Sequence record: PQ015379.1
Length of the DNA: 64,000 nucleotides
Direction: 5' to 3' (one strand)
The notes beneath the pieces are model-generated. The model was not told where the DNA came from, did not search any database, and was given only the letters and a program-made list of their open reading frames with translations. Below are positions 53,459 to 62,727 of the stretch, one piece after another; the first letter of the stretch is position 1, and each line of letters begins with the position of its first letter. The position numbers were made by a program, and so were the translations under genes.

Positions 53459-55408
53459 TTACAAACGAGTTTTCCGGCGACGACCTTGGGAATCCGCTTC
53501 ACGCAGCATCTTTTCGATCTTCCGGTTTTGCCGTTCATGCGCTTGTTTCTGATTGGTCAGAATGCGTTTTTTGCCGTCGTGCGTATAGCCGTAGGCTTCA
53601 CCCATTTCGCCGAAATCACGATTTGCCAAACCAACGATTTTGCCATTGTTACGGGCCAATACGTCGGAATGCGTGTAATCCAGATTTTGGTTGTAGAGCG
53701 AATGCGCTTCGGCCACAAACGCTTGGAAACGACCGGGGTGATTGCGCGCCATGTAATCCATTTGCGCATCGTACGCAGCAGCCGTGCCCATGAACGGAAC
53801 CGCCGAAGCGAAACCGCCCATACCACCACCGCCACCGTCACCGCCCATCATATCGTCAATACCGTATTTCTTTTTCAGTTCTTTGATTTTCTTTTGGTAT
53901 TGGTACAGCTGTTCCTGCGCCTGCAAATCGGAATCTTGACCGGCCAGCAAACGGTCGAGGTTCAGGCCACCGGCAGCAGCCATCACGCGCAGCGGAACAG
54001 GTACGCCTTTATCGGACATTGCTTGCAGCATATCCATATATTGCTGATCGCCTTCGGGCTGCAAAGTCTTTTCCCAGTGCACGGATGGAATCAACAATTT
54101 GGTGCCGTCGTTGAGACGTTCGAAGCTGCCCAGCGGATCGAGTTTGTCGAGGCTGTTACCACGGGTCGAAAGCTTGCCATCACGGTTCAGCACGTAGCCT
54201 TTCAACGCACTGATCATCGGGAAAATGCGGCTGTACAAAGTTTTGCGCGTCAGCCAATCCCGTTCGGTGCGAATCGCGTCGATGAAGAACGAAGTTGACG
54301 TGTCGCCGTTTGCATACGTCGCGTCACCAGAAAGGAAAGCATCGGAAATACCGAGGGCTTTCATTTTGATGGAATCAATCGCGTCCTTGTTATCGAAGAT
54401 GGTCCAGCCGCCTTGTGGGTCGCGAATTTCTTCGGTGGAAATACCACCGCGCGTAGCGACTACCGCGCCAACCGGGTCAGCGTCGGCGTTCATGAACATA
54501 TCCATGACTGCCTGCATATCGGCCAGCGTAGGTTCCCATTCACCAGCGCCATCAAGCGTGACGTGCAGAATGCCTTTTTGACGCATGGCAGAACGAACAA
54601 GCGTGCCACGGAACAGGTTTTTTTCCAGCAAATACCACGGCATGATGCGGCGGAAATAGCTGGTGCCTGTCGAAGAGGAACCAGAGCGGCGCGGAACGTA
54701 AACGGTGGATTTCTGGTCGAGTTCCAGTGCTTCGTTCGACAGCTGTTTCATCACATCAGCGCCCAAGAATTCACGCAGCGCTTTTACACGCGGCGAATCC
54801 GATTGCATGGTGCTGCGAATGTATTCAGGGAACGCAACGGTGATCAGCGGATCAGTGCCATGGAATGGCAGTTGGTCGAGCTTGGTGTTTTCGTACGCGT
54901 GCGGCATTACCCGGCTGAAAACTTGGGTCTTTTCGTTGTACAACAGCGAAGCGATGAAACCGCCTTTTACGTTGTAGTCGATTGCCACATCCGGCATCAG
55001 GTTGCGGATATCAAGACGGTCGATGTTTTCCATGAAATCGTCCATGACCTTGCGGTCCATGATGCCCGAAATCGTGAAGTCAGAAAACATCAGCTGCGAT
55101 TTGATATCGACGATAGAGCCGCCGATGGAATCGTTGTAATACATGTCAGTGTAAATCCGCATGACCAGCTTTTTCTGCTCAAGGTCTTCGGAAAACACAA
55201 TGTCTTTCAGCAGCGGGTCAATGTCGATTTCAATCGGCATCTGCGACAGCTGCGCGTTGCCACCAGAAGCTGCGGTGGCCAGATATTCGTCGATCTTTTG
55301 TTGATCGGTTTTCGGGTAATGCTGCTTCGACATGCCCATGTGCTGGGGACGACTCGGCTGCTGCGGAGCCGACGAAATTTGAGTGCGATTCGTTTTGCGT
55401 AGTTTCAT
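53459..55408 (-). CDS. Portal protein
   Basis: About 649 aa, downstream of TerL. KALGISDAFLSGDATYANGDTSTSFFIDAIRTERDWL fits the portal crown pattern. TAATG coupling gives the start MKLRK. Confidence 0.75.
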   Translation of the reverse strand: MKLRKTNRTQISSAPQQPSRPQHMGMSKQHYPKTDQQKIDEYLATAASGGNAQLSQMPIEIDIDPLLKDIVFSEDLEQKKLVMRIYTDMYYNDSIGGSIVDIKSQLMFSDFTISGIMDRKVMDDFMENIDRLDIRNLMPDVAIDYNVKGGFIASLLYNEKTQVFSRVMPHAYENTKLDQLPFHGTDPLITVAFPEYIRSTMQSDSPRVKALREFLGADVMKQLSNEALELDQKSTVYVPRRSGSSSTGTSYFRRIMPWYLLEKNLFRGTLVRSAMRQKGILHVTLDGAGEWEPTLADMQAVMDMFMNADADPVGAVVATRGGISTEEIRDPQGGWTIFDNKDAIDSIKMKALGISDAFLSGDATYANGDTSTSFFIDAIRTERDWLTRKTLYSRIFPMISALKGYVLNRDGKLSTRGNSLDKLDPLGSFERLNDGTKLLIPSVHWEKTLQPEGDQQYMDMLQAMSDKGVPVPLRVMAAAGGLNLDRLLAGQDSDLQAQEQLYQYQKKIKELKKKYGIDDMMGGDGGGGGMGGFASAVPFMGTAAAYDAQMDYMARNHPGRFQAFVAEAHSLYNQNLDYTHSDVLARNNGKIVGLANRDFGEMGEAYGYTHDGKKRILTNQKQAHERQNRKIEKMLREADSQGRRRKTRL

Positions 55409-56037
55409 TATTCGGTCCACAGAGGTACTTTGGTTGCGTAAATCACGACGACGTTTCCGTCTTTGTTGTCGTGCCACATTTCGTCACGCAGCGAACTGCC
55501 GGTTTTCATGTGCTTCAGGTGCGTTACTTTATCGGGGCAGGCAGCATCCTGATTATTCGAGCCATCAGATTTACGCAGGTCGATGTTCACGAAGCCTTTG
55601 TAAAAATGCAGTTCCTTTCGGTAATCTTTGTAGAACTGTCGCCACATGTTGCGTCCGCATTCCGTGCCGGAAAGATCGGTGCGCAGCGAATCGAATTCGC
55701 GCATAAAGTGGTGACGCATTACAGCGCGGGCGAGGCCGGGGTAACGGGGAGTTTGCCGCACCTCGACCTGCACCGCACGGGTCGCGAAGTATTCGTTTTC
55801 TGCGACCTTGTAATAGCAGGAATACACGATTTCATCGCCCTTGGTCAAAACGAGAAGGCGACAGGTCGCGAGGCTGTTCCCGATCAGCCGGTCGGTCCCT
55901 AGATACATGCGGAAAGGAATCGCTTTATACATCGCGAAAACCCCAGCAGGTCGCAGTTCACCGCTGGCCACCATTTGCAGATAGCGTTCGGCGTCGTCTT
56001 CAATCGTTTCTTGCACTGAATCGGCGAGTATCGGCAT
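55408..56037 (-). CDS. Divergent GNAT-like protein
   Basis: VEVRQTPRYPGLARAVM...SLRTDLSGTECGRNMW parallels the 46378 GNAT (VEVRKDFRRKGIA...DDSHTNDAAAFW). Confidence 0.5.
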   Translation of the reverse strand: MPILADSVQETIEDDAERYLQMVASGELRPAGVFAMYKAIPFRMYLGTDRLIGNSLATCRLLVLTKGDEIVYSCYYKVAENEYFATRAVQVEVRQTPRYPGLARAVMRHHFMREFDSLRTDLSGTECGRNMWRQFYKDYRKELHFYKGFVNIDLRKSDGSNNQDAACPDKVTHLKHMKTGSSLRDEMWHDNKDGNVVVIYATKVPLWTE

Positions 56038-56045
56038 TTTTATTC

Positions 56046-57119
56046 CTACATGAAGTGGAGGGCAGATTTCTTGATCATGTCCAGAAGTTTCGCACGGACT
56101 GCCCGGTATTCAGTAACGGCATGTTCGGAGAACGTGTACTGATCGGCCATCGACATAAAGGCTTTCGCCGCCGTGTTGAAGGCGCGTTTATCGTGGGCAA
56201 CCAGCGTCGAATGTTGCAGGGATTTCATCAGCGCAATTACATCTTTCTCGCTGTTGACTTCGCCTTTTTCCAGCAGGTTGTAAACGTGGTCCTTTGGCGG
56301 TACGTTGTTGACGTGTTTGTCTTCGAACGAACCGTGCTCGGAACCTTTCCACGCGCTCAAGGCCCCCGGTGGAATCTTGAATTTCTGGTGCGTAGCTTTC
56401 TTGGTTTTCTTCGGACCTTTCGGAACGGTGCCGGACACATCACGGGCGTGATCTTCCATGGCTTCTGGTTTGGCTTTCGGCTGTTCCAGTTCGGCCAAGG
56501 TCTGCCCAGCTTTCGGTTTCGGTGCGGTAGGCATTTGGCGCGGGCCTGTCGGCGTCACGTCATACGGCGGCTTGTCGAAGTTCATCCCCAATTTCCATTG
56601 AGGTTTGGTGTATTTGATCAGCCAGTTGAAATAGCGGCCACGCGATTCGGCGGCGACCATTTCTTCGTATTCACGTTTCGAGACGTTTTCGTATGCCCAC
56701 GAATCGCCACGATGGAACGCGACATAAAGGATTTTCCGCTTCATGTCGTAAATGGCGTGGTTGAGGTTGGAACTGTTCAAGTCGGTGATACGCACCCAAC
56801 CCGGAGGCAGTGCCTCTTCCTGCGGTTTGTCGAGGTCGCCCACGCCAGCCTGCACAGGAATTCTTTTGATCTTTCCAGACCAACCTTTCGAATGTTGCAT
56901 AAGCCGCGTCAGTTCTGGCTGATCCAGCTTGAACAGGATATCGGGGCTGTGCTTGTGCACGACGTAAATGCCATGGGCGCGTTTCTTCACGCCGAAGACG
57001 TTGCCGCCGTGAATTTCGAGTTCATAATCTTCATTGTGTCGCGGTTGGTCGTACGTCAGGATCGGTTGCCCTTCCTGATATTCGAACCACTTGAATTGTG
57101 TCAAATCAATTTTCGACAT
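56046..57119 (-). CDS. KTSC-domain protein
   Basis: SSNLNHAIYDMKRKILYVAFHRGDSWAYENVSKREYEEMVAAESRGRYFNWLIK is a KTSC match; N-terminal domain shared with the SprT-like protein. Confidence 0.85.
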   Translation of the reverse strand: MSKIDLTQFKWFEYQEGQPILTYDQPRHNEDYELEIHGGNVFGVKKRAHGIYVVHKHSPDILFKLDQPELTRLMQHSKGWSGKIKRIPVQAGVGDLDKPQEEALPPGWVRITDLNSSNLNHAIYDMKRKILYVAFHRGDSWAYENVSKREYEEMVAAESRGRYFNWLIKYTKPQWKLGMNFDKPPYDVTPTGPRQMPTAPKPKAGQTLAELEQPKAKPEAMEDHARDVSGTVPKGPKKTKKATHQKFKIPPGALSAWKGSEHGSFEDKHVNNVPPKDHVYNLLEKGEVNSEKDVIALMKSLQHSTLVAHDKRAFNTAAKAFMSMADQYTFSEHAVTEYRAVRAKLLDMIKKSALHFM

Positions 57120-57215
57120 TGTGGGGAATCCTCGGAAATCTGCGTCTGCGAGTTTAGGCCCATTTCTGTCAACAGCTTTGAGGGTGCAGCGCCCGTCATG
57201 GCAGGCGCCTTATTT

Positions 57216-60113
57216 TTACCGGCTGCGACCGCCGCTCATGATCATGAGCGGTGCGCCGTTGTGCGTGGTAACGCCACCGCCACCAGTGCCGACCGAAGTA
57301 CCACCACCGCCCCCGAGTTTCGAGGCACCCAGCGCGTTAGGCCGGGCCAGTGTTGGATTCAACGGTTCGTGCATCAGCATCCCGACGAATTCTTCTTCCA
57401 TCAGGCCCCACAAAAGCAAGGCCATTGCACGCCAGTTATCATCGGTATAACCGTCGCCTTTTCCAACCCCTTTTTCGAGGTCTTTGATGGTAAACATTTG
57501 CTTGAAGAGGTGCGCAATCGGTTTGTCGGCGTAGAATTCGCGGTAGTTGGAATCGAGCGCATCCAGCAGCGAACTAACCTTCAGTTCAGAACGCGGCAAA
57601 ATAATCTGCCCCTGTTCCATCCGGGTACGCACACCCACCATATCCACGTATTTCAAGCTGTGCTGTTTGGAAATGAACGAAGGCATTCCATCGTCGGCTT
57701 CCGGATCGCCCATGTCGAGGGCCGCATCATCCAGAAGTTTCAGAGAATTCCATCGGTCAGCCAGCAAAACTTTCACGTTGCGACGTTGCATGATTGGCAA
57801 AATCACTTCCGAATACACCAGCGAGTGGTTAATGCGGAAGCCCGGCAGCGGGATAATCTCGCCGATCAGGTCTACAACTAAATTAAAATTCTCGTCTACG
57901 TGTCCGCCCGCAATCGAGAAGCTGTTGTCCTTTTCCCCGGCATCGATTGCCAGAATAGAGGCCCTGCCACTCTTTTTGCATTTCTCGACCGTCGCGTACA
58001 TGAACGACTGGCCAAGCTTTTTGCTGTTTTTGAATTGCGTCGTGAGTTTTAACGCGTTCCGTGCTTCGCCTTCACAGTTCATGATGAACTTGTGGTTGGC
58101 GAGGAACGGGTTAGCAATCATCGGAGGGTTGGCCCCGAAGTTTTTCTCGGCGGAAACTGGATCTTTTTTGTATGCTTCGACGATGATTTTCGAGGTGCGT
58201 TTGAAGTTCGGGTTTACCATCCAAGTCGGACGGTGAATGCCGTAAATCGAACTGCCCTCTTTGGCACGATTCAACAGTTCGTGAATCATGTCGTTTTTCG
58301 AAGTGGGGGAAGAAACGTTCATGGCGTAAGCCGACAGTACGTCGTCAAAGCCACGGTTAAGGAGGGCGTCAGCGGCGCCGCGTACAGTGAACAAACTGTT
58401 GACCAGTGCGTCGTAAACTTCATAGGCGCTGATCTTCACTTTGTTGGAATCTTTGTCCGCATCAAAGTACGCGATTTCGTCGATGGAAATAAATACGCGG
58501 GTACGACCACGCATGACCCGTTTGTCAGGCCCCATCGGATGGTATTGCAAGCCCCGGACCCGGAAGTCAACGAAAGTATCCGTGAGCTTGAAAAGTTTTT
58601 CACCGTAGACGTTTTCGTAGTGCTTGAGCATTCCGAAATATTGCTTGAACCACTGGCCTTCCACAAGCGCGCCATAGAACGGGGTCCACAGCGTATCCTT
58701 GGCTTGGGTATAGGTCAGGGCCGCAAACGTCCCTTGCAGCATCGTGGTGCGCGACAGGCCGTAGAATTGAGCGGGCTTCTGAAGCTTCAGCAGGCGGTGT
58801 AGGTGATAGGGCGCCAAGTAGGTGCCCACGGTGTGGGATTTACCGCTGTTGTGCGAGAGGATACCGCCCGTGATGAATTGGTGCGTTTTGGGCAGTGTGA
58901 AATCGTAGGTCGGCAAAATGCCCGCTTCGGAAACGGACTTAATGCGATCAGTGAAAGTGCCTTGGCTCCAGTTATCTTGCTGCAAATTCTGGAACGTAGC
59001 GGAATCGAGTTGAATGCACGGGCCGTCAATTGTATGCGGATACCCGGCGTTCAGTAGGAGGGCAGAAACATCGCGAAGCGCAGAAGTGCCGACCAGAATT
59101 CGGCGCGCTTCACGGAACAAACCTTGCAGGAATGCTATCTGGTCCTGTTCGCGTGCAGTGCGAACAGTCAGGGGTAGAACGGTGTTAAAGAAATTCTCGC
59201 CGGTCTTGCGGGGGTTGGCCAGAACACCTTGACCGAACACGCGCTGCCCGTAGTGAATTTCCAGTTCTGTTTCGAGTTCCAGTTCACCGATTTTCACGAA
59301 ACCGTGTTCGGTATCAATCGGGTGATCGCTGGTGCCAGTAACAGAGAAACCACGTGCAGTATCCACCCGGTAAACCATTTCTGGCTCAGCGACGAAATAA
59401 TGCGACGTGGTTTCGAATTCCTGTCCGTTGTGCACTGGCTCCATGAACTCCGTGAAGCCTAGCGGCGCATCGGGGAACATTTCGTCAATGTGCAACAGAC
59501 CGTGTGCCGAAATGATCGGTGTTTCACCAACCACACAACGCTGCCCGGCGTTGATCGCCAGTTCGTTGTAATACGGCATGAGTCCTTTGGCTACGGCCTG
59601 TGACCGACCGAGGCCACAGCTGGGGCAAACCCCGTGTTCAAGCACGCAGACCTTACGTTCGAATTTCGAATACGTGTCGTCTACTTTGTGTTTTTCCAGC
59701 ATCCATTCCATGTCAGTGCAGCGCGGGCAGTAGTCGTTAAACGCAACGATGCCCCACAGCAGCTGTTCAAGGAACGGACGTTCATCGCCGATGGTGCCGA
59801 AGCGATCCTGCGTAACCCACTCATAGAAATTCGCGGCAGTGGGAAGGTCACTGTCATCGATTTTCATGTCCTTCGGAATGACGACTTTCGACGCCATCAA
59901 TTCGCGAATTGTTTTCGCGATATTGATTTCCGAATCCACATCCATCGAGGTAAGCATGGATGCGGCGGACTTGCCCATGTGCTCAATATCGTTGTGCACC
60001 GGGGTCCGTCCGTTTTCCTTCAGGCTCAGAAGGTAGTCGAACGGGTTTTCCTTGTTTACAACGATACGTTTATCGGGGACTAAAATTCCCCCCTTCGATT
60101 TTTTCATCTTCAT
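57216..60113 (-). CDS. terL: Terminase large subunit containing an intein
   Basis: Walker A AGQR|SGKS split by the intein; Walker B FISIDEIAYF; NVSSP motif; RNase H-like ILAIDAG and DDNWRA; N-terminal CxxC pairs; ATGA coupling gives the start. Confidence 0.92.
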   Translation of the reverse strand: MKMKKSKGGILVPDKRIVVNKENPFDYLLSLKENGRTPVHNDIEHMGKSAASMLTSMDVDSEINIAKTIRELMASKVVIPKDMKIDDSDLPTAANFYEWVTQDRFGTIGDERPFLEQLLWGIVAFNDYCPRCTDMEWMLEKHKVDDTYSKFERKVCVLEHGVCPSCGLGRSQAVAKGLMPYYNELAINAGQRCVVGETPIISAHGLLHIDEMFPDAPLGFTEFMEPVHNGQEFETTSHYFVAEPEMVYRVDTARGFSVTGTSDHPIDTEHGFVKIGELELETELEIHYGQRVFGQGVLANPRKTGENFFNTVLPLTVRTAREQDQIAFLQGLFREARRILVGTSALRDVSALLLNAGYPHTIDGPCIQLDSATFQNLQQDNWSQGTFTDRIKSVSEAGILPTYDFTLPKTHQFITGGILSHNSGKSHTVGTYLAPYHLHRLLKLQKPAQFYGLSRTTMLQGTFAALTYTQAKDTLWTPFYGALVEGQWFKQYFGMLKHYENVYGEKLFKLTDTFVDFRVRGLQYHPMGPDKRVMRGRTRVFISIDEIAYFDADKDSNKVKISAYEVYDALVNSLFTVRGAADALLNRGFDDVLSAYAMNVSSPTSKNDMIHELLNRAKEGSSIYGIHRPTWMVNPNFKRTSKIIVEAYKKDPVSAEKNFGANPPMIANPFLANHKFIMNCEGEARNALKLTTQFKNSKKLGQSFMYATVEKCKKSGRASILAIDAGEKDNSFSIAGGHVDENFNLVVDLIGEIIPLPGFRINHSLVYSEVILPIMQRRNVKVLLADRWNSLKLLDDAALDMGDPEADDGMPSFISKQHSLKYVDMVGVRTRMEQGQIILPRSELKVSSLLDALDSNYREFYADKPIAHLFKQMFTIKDLEKGVGKGDGYTDDNWRAMALLLWGLMEEEFVGMLMHEPLNPTLARPNALGASKLGGGGGTSVGTGGGGVTTHNGAPLMIMSGGRSR
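58848..59537 (-). mobile_element. Intein, 230 aa, with a degenerate LAGLIDADG remnant
   Basis: Begins CVVGET; block B VTGTSDHPI; ends YDFTLPKTHQFITGGILSHN followed by Ser +1; FLQGLF remnant. Confidence 0.95.
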
Positions 60114-60880
60114 CGTTGGCGAGTACCTCGAACGCCCCACATCGTCTGCTCAGTTTGCTGTTGCATGCGGGGAGTGTTGCCGGATTCTTCTTGGGCGCGT
60201 ACACGTGCATATAGTTCCTTTTGATTTTGGATTCCACGGCGCATCGCCTCGCCTGCATCGAACTTGTCGAGGGCGTGAGCGGTTTTTTCTGCGAGGAAAG
60301 CCATAACTTTTTCGATGAAAGAATCCTGCTGCGGGCCAGTCAGATTCGACGTGGCTTTGACCATGGCAGCCAAGGCATCTAGGCGACTCAGTGGAACAAA
60401 GGCGCTAAGCAGCGCCTTGTCCATATCCAGTTCAATATCAAGGCCGCTGTTCAGCGCGGCCTCAACGTATTCGGACGCCTCATGCAAAGCACTCAGGGAG
60501 GCAGCCCCTTTGTAAAATAATTCTTTGTACCGCCCAAGTTGACGCGCCGAGTCATTATTGAAATCAACCAATTCAGAGTCAGGAACATTGAACTCGTTCA
60601 TGCCGAGCGGCTGTTCTGGTTCGTCGTAGTAGTTGATGTTTTCGTGGCGCGTGCGGGGAATATCTTGGGGGACGTGCATGGCCAACGCATTAGCGTAGCG
60701 CCATGGCGGAATAGCCGGGTCACAACGGAATGTGCCATTTGGGACCGGTCGATGTTCGACGCGAAAAACTTGCTTGCTAGGGAAGCCGTCGTGCATCCCT
60801 ACGCGGGTATTGCCTGCAACAATATCGATGTGTTCGCTGCGCGTGAGTTGATCAAGAGAGCGCGGCAGGCCCATCGTCAT
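60110..60880 (-). CDS. Hypothetical protein coupled to terL (start uncertain)
   Basis: Helical C-terminal half; stop overlaps the terL ATG. Confidence 0.6.
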   Translation of the reverse strand: MTMGLPRSLDQLTRSEHIDIVAGNTRVGMHDGFPSKQVFRVEHRPVPNGTFRCDPAIPPWRYANALAMHVPQDIPRTRHENINYYDEPEQPLGMNEFNVPDSELVDFNNDSARQLGRYKELFYKGAASLSALHEASEYVEAALNSGLDIELDMDKALLSAFVPLSRLDALAAMVKATSNLTGPQQDSFIEKVMAFLAEKTAHALDKFDAGEAMRRGIQNQKELYARVRAQEESGNTPRMQQQTEQTMWGVRGTRQR

Positions 60881-62360
60881 ACCGGAGAGACTTGGTTCCG
60901 GATTTAAGTTTCTTTTTCTTTTTCGGGTTGAGTTCTTCTTTGAGGTCGGTTCCTTTGGACTTGAGCTTTTTGGTTTTGCCGCCTTCAAGCTTGCCGGTTT
61001 TTTCACCTTTGAGCTTTTTCTTTTTCGGCTTGGCGTCGGTGTCTCCATCGTCATCTTCAAACTCAAGGTTGCCCCCACCCGACTTCTGTTGCTGGCCGGG
61101 GTTGTAAATGGACATGATATCGAAGCGCTCTTCCATGTTGAACATGAAGTTCGTTTCACCGTCACGGTCCTTGGAAACCAGCATTGGAATTTCACGAATT
61201 TCGCGTTGTTCCGGACGGCTGTAGTTCCACTGGATCACGCAGTCGGCGTGCTCTTTCATACCCTTGGAATAGCGCATGGCTTCTTTTTCGTCGTCCAGCT
61301 GGGCCAGCAGGATAACGAGAGCGCCCGTTTCTTGCGTGTAGTTCTTCGCGATACGCGCCGCGTCCATCAGCGATTTCCACTGGTCCTTGCCCGAATCTTC
61401 GTTCAAGAGGCCGATATAGTCGATGATGATTACTTTGTAGCCGAATGGCTTGGCGAGTTGCAGCGTTTCTTCCATCGACAAACCGCCTTTCGGACAGTGA
61501 ATCGTATGGTGGATGCTGTGCTTTTCGCCGTGGTCGGCAAGCATTTTTTCTGCGGCGCGAACCTTGCGTTTGTCTTCGCTGGTCAGCTTCGCATGCTTGA
61601 ACCGTTTGAGTGGGATTCCCGTAAGGTGCGAATACAATCGCTGGGATTCCTGAATCTCCTGCATTTCGAGAGAAACGCGGAAGACACTCAGGTTTTGCTT
61701 GAGGAACATTTGCAGGCCGATGTTCATGGAAACAATCGACTTACCGCCCGACGTGGTGGCCGCCAAGAACACAACGCCGGTATCAGGGAACCCGCCGTTC
61801 GTTTTGTCGTATTCATCAAGCCCGGTCGGAATACGCGGCAACGTTTCGTTGCGGCAAATCCGGTCGGTCACGTCTTTGGAGTTTGCATCTTTACCGAAGC
61901 GCAGGAAAGAAACATCCTGATGCTTAGCAGCGGTGGCTTTCGTGATTTCTTGCGTGACTTTCGTCAACAGATTTTCGGCATCGCACGAAGTCTGTTCAAG
62001 CGCTTCATAGATGTGCTCGGCCACCGAGCGCATCACACGAATTTTACGGAACTCTTCAAGGGTTTCCAGCGTTTCTTTCATCTGCGATTTCTTGGCGCAC
62101 GGCTTCTCCCGTGTTTCCGCCAAGATTTCGCGAATGTCTTCGTCGAGGGAAGGGTCTTCTAGCAGACTCTTCCAGCTGACGATTTTGAAACGCTTCTTAG
62201 CCAGCGATGTGATTCGCTCGAAAGCTTGTCGCATCACTGGCGTGTGGAAGTGGTCCCTGTTGAGTTTGCCGAGCCACAGTGTTCGCTGTTCTTCTTTTAG
62301 CTTTTTGGTCGTTACCGTGAGCAACGCCCGGAGTTCAGCGGTTGGACTGTGAATCTGCAT
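60852..62360 (-). CDS. dnaB: DnaB-like replicative helicase
   Basis: IPTGLDEYD...LAATTSGGKS, SLEM, IIIDYIGLL, ILLAQL, EHAD, KDRDG; charged low-complexity tail. Confidence 0.93.
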   Translation of the reverse strand: MQIHSPTAELRALLTVTTKKLKEEQRTLWLGKLNRDHFHTPVMRQAFERITSLAKKRFKIVSWKSLLEDPSLDEDIREILAETREKPCAKKSQMKETLETLEEFRKIRVMRSVAEHIYEALEQTSCDAENLLTKVTQEITKATAAKHQDVSFLRFGKDANSKDVTDRICRNETLPRIPTGLDEYDKTNGGFPDTGVVFLAATTSGGKSIVSMNIGLQMFLKQNLSVFRVSLEMQEIQESQRLYSHLTGIPLKRFKHAKLTSEDKRKVRAAEKMLADHGEKHSIHHTIHCPKGGLSMEETLQLAKPFGYKVIIIDYIGLLNEDSGKDQWKSLMDAARIAKNYTQETGALVILLAQLDDEKEAMRYSKGMKEHADCVIQWNYSRPEQREIREIPMLVSKDRDGETNFMFNMEERFDIMSIYNPGQQQKSGGGNLEFEDDDGDTDAKPKKKKLKGEKTGKLEGGKTKKLKSKGTDLKEELNPKKKKKLKSGTKSLRYDDGPAALS

Positions 62361-62370
62361 GGTTTACCTA

Positions 62371-62727
62371 CTACGATGCCATCGGAATGGCCCCAAGTTG
62401 CGTGAGATATTTTCGCCAAGCCGGAGCACGACGCCGTTTGCGGTTGACGTGCACCGTCTCGCCCTCGTTCCACTTGGTCGGCTGAATACCGATCATATCC
62501 ATGAAAACGAGCGAGGCCAGCGCGCTATCAAATTCGACGCGTGTCACGTTGAAACACGTGCGCTTCAATTCGTTGAAGAGGCGCACGTTAGTGGGGTTCG
62601 TCTGCGTCCGGATCAGGGCGTAAAGCTCTTTCACGATCTGGCGCTTGTAGGTAAGGGGCGCGTCAACTTTCCACAAGGCGAAAGCGTCAGGTTCACACGC
62701 AATCAAATTTTCTTTTGCTGCATCCAT
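62371..62727 (-). CDS. Hypothetical protein, possibly winged-helix
   Basis: 118 aa; RVEFDSALASLVFMDMI pattern. Fold call is weak. Confidence 0.55.
   Translation of the reverse strand: MDAAKENLIACEPDAFALWKVDAPLTYKRQIVKELYALIRTQTNPTNVRLFNELKRTCFNVTRVEFDSALASLVFMDMIGIQPTKWNEGETVHVNRKRRRAPAWRKYLTQLGAIPMAS

Noticed and set aside
57167-57172. TTGACA on the minus strand upstream of the KTSC gene
   Set aside because: No acceptable -10 hexamer at 16-18 nt spacing.
60881-61195. N-terminal extension of the 60110..61195 ORF overlapping dnaB (possible dual coding or frameshift)
   Set aside because: It overlaps the low-complexity Lys-rich tail of dnaB, where alternative frames stay open by chance; I found no slippery site or SD.
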